From Candidatus Omnitrophota bacterium (lineage in GTDB: Bacteria > Omnitrophota > Gorgyraeia > Zapsychrales > Zapsychraceae), in the NCBI GenBank assembly GCA_029261065.1, contig JAJDCB010000023.1:39682-103681 (forward strand): a stretch of 64,000 bases of DNA, read 5' to 3'. Of the stretch, positions 57,267 to 64,000 are shown in pieces. Every line of letters begins with the position of its first letter. Within the stretch, counting starts at the first letter, position 1. Under the pieces are notes generated by a model. It made no database searches. It was not told the origin of the DNA and worked only from the letters and a program-made list of their open reading frames with translations. The position numbers and the translations under genes were made by a program.

Positions 57267-58751
57267 ATGAAGAAAATTTCTAACATCATTTTTTATGGGC
57301 TGATTGTTTTGTTTTTGTATGTTCAGCTAACAACTATCAAAGCAGGTCATAGTTGGGGAGGAGATTTTAGTCAGTATATTCAGCATGCGAAAAATCTGAT
57401 TGAATTAAAACCTTATCATCAAGGCATTATGCTTGATGAGTGGGTGAATAACCCTGTTGGTTTTCCTTTGATGTTAGCGCCTTGGATTAAGGTTTTTGGT
57501 GTTAATTTTAAAGTTTTAAAAATTATCAATGTGCTTAGCTGGTTGTTTTTTGTTCTGTTTTTAAGAGCCTTAGCCAAAAAACGTTTGGATGATCCTTTAG
57601 CGGATCTGTTAAGTATTTGTCTTTTAACCTCACCTTTTTTCTTCACATTTAAACAAAATATCATTAGTGATGTCCCTTTCTTAAGTTTGCTTACTTGTTC
57701 CCTTTTTTTATGTCATCATTTTTTTACCACAAAGAAACATTCCTTTGCATTTTTGTGTCTTCTAGCGATTAGTTTGAGTTTTACCTTACTTATTCGTTGG
57801 GCAGGACTAACGCTATTTGCTTCGGTCATTTTGTATTTGTTGATCAATGCCTATGACAAGAAATATGTCGTGGCAACGATGTTGATTCTAGGTTTAACAA
57901 TCTTTGTTCAATCTTTAGCCGGTATCAATTTGGGTCACCATCTTCAAGAGGGACCTCAGGGGTGGGTGGCTTGGAGTCATCAGTCTTACCAATTGATGTC
58001 TTATAATCTTAATAATTTTTTTATATTTTTTGTGCCTTCCTTTAAAGGGGTGGTTTTATCTCGCGGTGTCACGTTTTTGTTTACAGATATCGTGACTCCC
58101 ATCATATTTTTTGGTAGCATTCTATTTTTATTATTGAGAATGATGAAAAAGAAAGCGGATATTCTAGAATATTTTTTATTAGTTTATTTGTGCGCCTTGT
58201 TGATTTGGCCTCTGCAGGGAGGGGTAAGATATGTTTTACCGATTGTTGGTGTTTGTTTGATTTTGATGATCCAGGGCGTTGTCGTTGGTTTGCAAAAGCA
58301 AGATCCGAAAGCATGGGTTGTTAAGGGATTGTGTTTATTGTTAATCATGAGCAATGGTGTTCACATCTATAAAAATTATTCATTTAACGATGATGTGATT
58401 GCTCAACCCGATACACAAGAGTTGATTGCTTGGATCAAAGAGACAACACAGCCAGAGGATCATTTCATGTTTCAGCGACCGCGTACTCTTACTTTAATAA
58501 CAGATCGAAAATTTGCGCCATTTTTTATTTATAGTCAGGATGCGGCTAAGTGGTATCAACGTATTGAACGGTTTAACATCCGTTATCTTCTCGCCTTTAA
58601 TTCCTCCGTTCATAAAATGCTTTCAAGTTTTCCTCCGGATTATATACAATTGCGACAGGTGTGGCAGAATGAGAAGTATGTAGTTTTGGAAGTGGTTGAG
58701 ATAAAAGGTCGTGATGTCATTCCTGCGGAAGTGGGGAATTCAAAAAAGTAA
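57267..58751 (+). CDS. polytopic GT-C/PMT_2-like membrane protein immediately downstream of the pilin (possible pilin glycosyltransferase)
   Basis: 494 aa with about 11 TM helices. N-terminal loop AGHSWGGDFSQYIQHAKNL...PVGFPLML. The placement resembles pilA-tfpW-type arrangements (inference). Confidence 0.4.
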   Translation: MKKISNIIFYGLIVLFLYVQLTTIKAGHSWGGDFSQYIQHAKNLIELKPYHQGIMLDEWVNNPVGFPLMLAPWIKVFGVNFKVLKIINVLSWLFFVLFLRALAKKRLDDPLADLLSICLLTSPFFFTFKQNIISDVPFLSLLTCSLFLCHHFFTTKKHSFAFLCLLAISLSFTLLIRWAGLTLFASVILYLLINAYDKKYVVATMLILGLTIFVQSLAGINLGHHLQEGPQGWVAWSHQSYQLMSYNLNNFFIFFVPSFKGVVLSRGVTFLFTDIVTPIIFFGSILFLLLRMMKKKADILEYFLLVYLCALLIWPLQGGVRYVLPIVGVCLILMIQGVVVGLQKQDPKAWVVKGLCLLLIMSNGVHIYKNYSFNDDVIAQPDTQELIAWIKETTQPEDHFMFQRPRTLTLITDRKFAPFFIYSQDAAKWYQRIERFNIRYLLAFNSSVHKMLSSFPPDYIQLRQVWQNEKYVVLEVVEIKGRDVIPAEVGNSKK

Positions 58752-58796
58752 ATAATGTTATCTTTGTGTAAGTTGGAAGCTCGAAAAATTAATCTC

Positions 58797-58870
58797 TGTC
58801 ATCCCCGCGAAAGCGGGGATCTCGAAGGTGTTATAATTATGAATAGTTCCCCGCTTTCGCGAGGATGACA
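58797..58870. repeat. Two GC-rich palindromic repeat units (TGTCATCCCCGCGAAAGCGGGGATC ... TTCCCCGCTTTCGCGAGGATGACA)
   Basis: Read directly between convergent gene ends. Confidence 0.7.
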
Positions 58871-58877
58871 CTATTGT

Positions 58878-59726
58878 TTAATGCGGCGCAAAGAGCTTAT
58901 GTTCAACGAGTAGCTCATAAAGCTTATCCGCTATCCGCTGATTAACCAAAACACTTGCATGCGAATCATTTTTATTAATCACACGTTTTAGAACGGGTAT
59001 ATCTTCAACCAAATTTGCAACATTGATTGTTGGGATTTGAAAGCGAAAGAAAAACTCTTCAACAAAGTTTGTGAATTCCAAACTTTCATGGGTGTTATGT
59101 AAAAATGGAATGACTACAACGTAGGTGGGAATTTTATTTTCTTGAGCGTATTTGACAAGATGAAGGAGGTCTCTTGTGTGTTCGTTAAGAATGAATTTGT
59201 TGTTGTAAGCCTTTTTTAAAAAGGCTAGATAATCTTCGGTGTCTTTGCGCGGAAATTGCCAGTAGATAAAGTTTATCAGATAAGAATTTTTAGTCATAAA
59301 TTGAAACACATAAGGAACATCAGAGTAGGCGGTAAAACCTTTAAAGGTGTGTCCATTAGCGGTTGCCGCCCCTTCAATATCATTGACAAAATATTGAAAG
59401 ATAAGAACGTTTGGTTTGATTGGAAATTTAATGAGTCGATAAAGTTCAGTTGCGGTATCGTTACCTAGTCGCCCAAGATTTAACACGTGATACTCATGCG
59501 ATAGTCTTTTTTTTAAGATGTTTGAGAACCTTTCATCCACATGCTTTAGGCCATGTCCGGCAACAAAAGAATCTCCGATGACAAATAATGTTTTTTTATC
59601 TTTAAAATCTTCTTTTTGAAGCTCCTCATCCCGATACCGTAATTTATTTACAGGTTTCCAGTAATAATCAAACCAACGGTTAGAAGCTAATGTGTAGCCA
59701 ACAGTGTGGCTTTGGGGGATGAACAT
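58878..59726 (-). CDS. SGNH/GDSL-family hydrolase (esterase/acyltransferase-like)
   Basis: 282 aa; GDS(L)-like block LFVIGDSFVAGHG; block III and catalytic DSHAS (DxxH) near the C-terminus; in-frame stop 10 codons upstream of the ATG. Confidence 0.7.
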   Translation of the reverse strand: MFIPQSHTVGYTLASNRWFDYYWKPVNKLRYRDEELQKEDFKDKKTLFVIGDSFVAGHGLKHVDERFSNILKKRLSHEYHVLNLGRLGNDTATELYRLIKFPIKPNVLIFQYFVNDIEGAATANGHTFKGFTAYSDVPYVFQFMTKNSYLINFIYWQFPRKDTEDYLAFLKKAYNNKFILNEHTRDLLHLVKYAQENKIPTYVVVIPFLHNTHESLEFTNFVEEFFFRFQIPTINVANLVEDIPVLKRVINKNDSHASVLVNQRIADKLYELLVEHKLFAPH

Positions 59727-59989
59727 GAAGAAGCCTTCAAGGAGAAAAAAAGGCTAAAGAGACCAAGAAAAATAAGTGCGATGTTTTTCATGGACTCGGA
59801 CGCTCTTTTATTTTTATAGATAAGTTGAAAAAATAGAAGACAACTTAGTATTAAACATGCGATGAGCAGAATTAAGCGGAGGGTGAGATAGATAAAGGTA
59901 GGAAATGGGGTGGAGTCGAGGTAGGTGATGAGGAAGGGGGTGGTGAGTGTTGTGAGGAAGAGGAGGATTGTGATTAGAGTTTTCATTTT
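59687..59989 (-). CDS. small 3-TM membrane protein, possibly the frameshifted N-terminal anchor of the SGNH hydrolase
   Basis: ATG at 59989 (MKTLITILLFL...). Overlaps the SGNH ORF by 40 nt in another frame, across an A7/T7 tract. Confidence 0.4.
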   Translation of the reverse strand, partial: KMKTLITILLFLTTLTTPFLITYLDSTPFPTFIYLTLRLILLIACLILSCLLFFQLIYKNKRASESMKNIALIFLGLFSLFFSLKASSCSSPKATLLATH

Positions 59990-60167
59990 ATTTTTTTGAG
60001 GTCCGGGGATCCAGTCACAGTAGTATAGTACAAACATTCCAACCCAAGTAAACGCTCTTCTCAAATTTTTATTTTCAAATTATTTAGATTCTATGTTACA
60101 ATCTCTCATTAAATTCAATTAAACCCCCAAGTTTTACACTTCCCCCTCTAATTGAGGAGATCATCAT

Positions 60168-61988
60168 ATGCGAGTTTTAACAAAATCACCCCAACACATT
60201 TTAAAATCCGTTTTTGGTTACGATGCCTTTCGGCCATTGCAAGATGAATGTATTCGTGATGTTTTAAAAAAGAAAGACAATTTGCTTGTCATGCCGACAG
60301 GTGGGGGCAAGTCGTTATGCTATCAAATCCCAGGTCTTATTTTTGATGGTCTGACTATTGTTGTTTCCCCTTTAATAGCCTTAATGCAAGATCAGGTGAG
60401 TCAACTTAAAGCGCTTGGTGTGGATGCTGTCATGTTAAACAGTTCTTTAACTTGGGATGAGTATGATCGAAATAAAGCTCTTGTTTTAAGCGGACAGACA
60501 AAATTGCTTTATTTGGCACCAGAAACTTTAGTCAAAGATGATATCCAACACATGTTATGCGAAATTTCCGTTGATTGTATTGCCATCGATGAAGCCCATT
60601 GCATTTCAGAGTGGGGCCATGATTTTCGTCCGGAATATAGACAACTTAAAAGTTTACGCAAAAATTTTCCAGATGCCGTTTATCTAGCAATGACAGCAAC
60701 AGCGACCCCGCGTGTGCGTCTGGATATTGTCAGCAATCTGGGATTACAAGTGAAGGAACCTTTGATTGCGAGTTTTAATCGTGAGAATCTTTATTATGAA
60801 GTGATCCCGAAATCTAGTCCTAGTCTGCAAACGTTGGATTTTTTAAAACGCTTTAAACATCAAAGCGGAATCATTTATTGTTTTTCTCGTAAACAGGTGG
60901 ATGCTTTGACCGCTGAACTTAATCAACATGGCTATAAAGCGTTGTCCTATCATGCCGGTCTTCCCGATGATGTGCGATCACGTAATCAAGAGATGTTTAT
61001 TCGGGATGATGTTCAGATTATGGTGGCAACAATTGCCTTTGGTATGGGGATCAATAAACCCAATGTTCGTTTTGTCATTCATTTTGACCTGCCTAAAAAC
61101 TTAGAATCCTATTATCAAGAAACAGGACGCGCTGGACGTGATAATTTGCCAGCCCATTGTTTGTTGTTGTTTGGTTATGGCGATATCAGAAAGATTCGTT
61201 ATTTTATTGATCAAAAAGAAAGTGATGATGAAAAGCGCGTTTCACAAACACAGTTAAATGCGATGATTCATTATGCTGAGGCAGAAGCGTGTCGGCGAAC
61301 ACCTTTAATGAATTATTTTGGAGAAACCTATACGCGTAAAACATGTGGTCAATGCGATAATTGTTTAAATCCTAAAGAAGTCAATTTTGATTTAACTGAA
61401 GCAGCCAAGAAGTTCCTTGAAACGGTTTTAAAAACAGGAGAACGTTTTGGAGCTTCTCATGTGATTGATGTCATAAGAGGGAGTCGATCACAAAAGGTAT
61501 TAAGTTATTTTCATGAACAATTAGATGTCCATGGCATTGGTCGTGAGTATAGTGCCAAGCAGTGGCAATTTTTGGTAAGACAGTTTATTCAAAGGCAGCT
61601 ACTTTATAAAGAGCCAGAATATGGGGTTCTTAAATTAAATGCAAACTCGAATAAAGTTTTAAAAAATGAATTAGAAGCGCAAGGGTACGCGCCACCAGCT
61701 GAAAAAGAAAAGGTTGTTTCAAGAGTTAAAAAAGAACTCGTGATTGAAGATTATGATGCCGTTTTGTTCGATATATTACGAAAGAAAAGAAAACAGCTAG
61801 CCGACAGTCAAGGAATCCCGCCCTATATTATATTTCCAGACAAATCTCTTATCGAGATGAGTGCTACTTTGCCACAGAATAAAGATAGTTTTTCCACTAT
61901 TTTTGGGGTAGGTCAAAAAAAGCTTGAAGATTATGGGGATGCTTTCCTTGGAATCATTCAGGCCTATTCTCAAGCTAGGCATAAGTAA
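60168..61988 (+). CDS. recQ: ATP-dependent DNA helicase RecQ
   Basis: 606 aa; GAGGAG RBS. Motif 0 FGYDAFRPLQ; Walker A PTGGGKSLCYQ; DEAH box (IDEAHCISEWGHDFR); a Cys-rich run consistent with the RQC zinc-binding site; C-terminal HRDC-like region. Confidence 0.9.
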   Translation: MRVLTKSPQHILKSVFGYDAFRPLQDECIRDVLKKKDNLLVMPTGGGKSLCYQIPGLIFDGLTIVVSPLIALMQDQVSQLKALGVDAVMLNSSLTWDEYDRNKALVLSGQTKLLYLAPETLVKDDIQHMLCEISVDCIAIDEAHCISEWGHDFRPEYRQLKSLRKNFPDAVYLAMTATATPRVRLDIVSNLGLQVKEPLIASFNRENLYYEVIPKSSPSLQTLDFLKRFKHQSGIIYCFSRKQVDALTAELNQHGYKALSYHAGLPDDVRSRNQEMFIRDDVQIMVATIAFGMGINKPNVRFVIHFDLPKNLESYYQETGRAGRDNLPAHCLLLFGYGDIRKIRYFIDQKESDDEKRVSQTQLNAMIHYAEAEACRRTPLMNYFGETYTRKTCGQCDNCLNPKEVNFDLTEAAKKFLETVLKTGERFGASHVIDVIRGSRSQKVLSYFHEQLDVHGIGREYSAKQWQFLVRQFIQRQLLYKEPEYGVLKLNANSNKVLKNELEAQGYAPPAEKEKVVSRVKKELVIEDYDAVLFDILRKKRKQLADSQGIPPYIIFPDKSLIEMSATLPQNKDSFSTIFGVGQKKLEDYGDAFLGIIQAYSQARHK

Positions 61989-62109
61989 GTATTATTCTTT
62001 ATTCCCATAAGTAAGACTATAAAATGGAATTAGTTTTATAATGGTCACCTGTTTGCCAAGATGGTAAACTTTTAAAAATGCTTTTTTAAAGAAAGAGGAT
62101 TGTGTGTCA

Positions 62110-64000
62110 ATGTCGAATAAGTTTCCCGAAAATCAACGAAGAATAGTTGTTTGGTTTGTTATTGTCGTTGCTTGTATGCTGAGTTTTGTGGGGCTGGCAT
62201 CAAAAAAAGCAACTAAGATTTCGTTAAAATCATTGCGAGTGGCTGATTTAGATAAGCGTGGGCGCCTTTGGATTGTTCATCAAGATATGATTTATACCTT
62301 GGATCGAGAAGGGGGGATCATCGATGAATTTTCAAAAGATGAATTAAATATTGAGGGATCCATTGCCGATATAAAGATGCTTTCTGATACCAAAATAGCT
62401 ATAGGAAGCAACGAGACTAGGCAGATTCATATCTTTGATACAGATATCAAAGAAGAGCAAATCATTGATCCCTCCGATTCGGAATCAGGAAAAATTAAAG
62501 GTGCCTTTCATTTGCTTTATGATGACGTGCATAAAACACTTGTCGTCTCCGATACTAGTCATCACCGTATCCTTAGCTTTAATCTTAACGGTGAATTAAT
62601 TCATCAGGCAGGAAATTCTCAAAAGACACCAGGTATTGTTCATTTTCCTAATGGTCTTACCCTTGCCCATCAAGGGCAAATTTTTGTCGCAGATACTAAT
62701 CATCATGCTATTCAAAGATTAAATTCGGAATTAAAACTCATTCAAACATGGGATTTATTACCTGAAAGAAGTAATCGTTCCTTTAAGTGGCCTGTTCATG
62801 TTGAAACGGATTCAAAAGGGTTTGTTTATGTGCTTGTTGTTGATGGAGGTCTAGAACATGGAGAAGTTTTAAAACTGGATCATCAGGGAAAAAGGATAGC
62901 TACGTTTTCAATACCACAAAAGGCAATACCTACAGATATTATTGTCAGAGAGTACGATCTTCTGGTTCCTGATCGAATTGCGGCTCGTATTTACCGGTTT
63001 GACCTCCAAGGAAATAGGTTGGAGGATTTTGGATTAGAAAATTTTCAAGAGCTTTTGATTGAGGCGAGAGAGCAAGTTTCTTTTTATCAGCAATTGTCTA
63101 GAGTTCTACTGCTAATATTTATAGTGGGACTCATACCATTCTTATTTAATTATTTGAGAAAAAGAAGGCAGCAAGAAAAGGAGTCAAATGTAAGTATCGC
63201 AAAATATATTGATGAGGATGAGAAAGCATTACGAAAGCAGATGAACAAGAAGCTTGCCTATTTCTCTTTTTTAATATTTGCTCCTCTGATCTCACTTCTT
63301 TTTATTACAATGATTGCAATTGGTTTTGGGTTTGAAGCAAAGATAATATTGTTTGTGATTGTCGTTGTTGTTTTATTGACATCACTTCTTATGATTTTTT
63401 TAATGTTAAAGGAATTTACCAACCCGGATAAAAGTTATGTTTTTTTAAAGGTTGTTTCTAGAAGGCATTTAAAGCGATTTATACCATATTGCGACCGGTT
63501 ATTTTCAGAGGGAGAACGTATTCTTGTTTACACATTAATCATGTTTCCACTGAAGTCTATTTGGGGTTCAACGGCACAAAAAATGGGATTAATGATTTTA
63601 ACAACGGATAGGTTGTTTATTTTCTCATTTGATCATTTGGAAGGACAGTTGCAACGTATACAAGAAATTAGTTATGCGGCCATTAACGATGTTAAGTATA
63701 AGCCAATGTTTTTAAATAATTTGAATTTGAAAAAGTTTAATTTTCAATTTAATTTAAAAGGTTTAACGGAGCCTGTTCAATTGAGGATGCAGGATGGTTT
63801 GACTGCGAAACAAATATTAAATTTTTTGGAAGAAAATAAATTAAAGACATTATCTTCGGGTTTATATTTTCAAGATAGGTGTAAAACGTGTTTTAAAGGA
63901 TTTGAGCAAGGATCGAGCTGTTCGCAATGTAGGAATCAACAAACATTCTCTCCTTTAACGGCGGCTTTATTATCAGCCATTGTTCCAGGGACTGGACAAA
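62110..64000 (+). CDS. partial (3'-truncated by the window end) membrane protein with an N-terminal NHL-like beta-propeller region and a bacterial-PH-like domain
   Basis: AGAGGA RBS; reading frame open to the window end (translated by hand). N-terminal TM. NHL-like blades (HHRILSFNLNGE...; QIFVADTNHHAIQRL; GFVYVLVVDGG). Mid TM block. C-terminal region (RILVYTLIMFP...LTTDRLFIF) resembles a bPH domain; ends with CKTCF...CSQC. Confidence 0.5.
   Translation, partial: MSNKFPENQRRIVVWFVIVVACMLSFVGLASKKATKISLKSLRVADLDKRGRLWIVHQDMIYTLDREGGIIDEFSKDELNIEGSIADIKMLSDTKIAIGSNETRQIHIFDTDIKEEQIIDPSDSESGKIKGAFHLLYDDVHKTLVVSDTSHHRILSFNLNGELIHQAGNSQKTPGIVHFPNGLTLAHQGQIFVADTNHHAIQRLNSELKLIQTWDLLPERSNRSFKWPVHVETDSKGFVYVLVVDGGLEHGEVLKLDHQGKRIATFSIPQKAIPTDIIVREYDLLVPDRIAARIYRFDLQGNRLEDFGLENFQELLIEAREQVSFYQQLSRVLLLIFIVGLIPFLFNYLRKRRQQEKESNVSIAKYIDEDEKALRKQMNKKLAYFSFLIFAPLISLLFITMIAIGFGFEAKIILFVIVVVVLLTSLLMIFLMLKEFTNPDKSYVFLKVVSRRHLKRFIPYCDRLFSEGERILVYTLIMFPLKSIWGSTAQKMGLMILTTDRLFIFSFDHLEGQLQRIQEISYAAINDVKYKPMFLNNLNLKKFNFQFNLKGLTEPVQLRMQDGLTAKQILNFLEENKLKTLSSGLYFQDRCKTCFKGFEQGSSCSQCRNQQTFSPLTAALLSAIVPGTGQ

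Overview
This is an AT-rich bacterial chromosomal segment, apparently from a diderm: it encodes lipoproteins with lipoboxes, a type IV pilin and a GldG-like periplasmic component. It holds about 48 protein-coding genes, almost all on the + strand, and reading all intergenic regions turned up no rRNA, tRNA, CRISPR array, transposase or integrase. Recognisable housekeeping genes are ppa, recQ, ptsP, cmoA, a YbiT-like ABC-F ATPase, an AddA/AddB-like helicase-nuclease pair, an ECF sigma/anti-sigma pair, a TrmH/SpoU methyltransferase, MarR, DjlA, Fic and an LplT-Aas triple-domain fusion. Many polytopic membrane proteins are interleaved with these, including at least four GT-C/PMT-like or YfhO-like glycosyltransferase-like proteins, two with TPR partners. 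The most unusual locus is 38902-47738: a secreted NHL beta-propeller gene followed 33 bp later by a 2252-aa lipoprotein built from about 45 tandem 44-aa six-cysteine modules (about 270 Cys) that I cannot assign to a known domain family. Upstream of it sits a near-consensus sigma70 promoter, then a structured ~250-nt region, then a terminator, which I read as a candidate sRNA or leader. Intergenic DNA carries a family of GC-rich nested palindromic repeat units (GTCATTCCCG-N-CGGGAATC and TCCCCGC-N4-GCGGGGA types) at seven or more loci, two of which overlap CDS termini in frame. Other non-coding structure includes a ~220-bp imperfect palindrome, a TIR-flanked composite element with heptamer repeats, and an A7 tract exactly at the junction of a transmembrane ORF and an SGNH-hydrolase ORF in different frames (possible frameshift or phase switch). 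All calls are from reading the sequence and translations by eye; no searches were run.
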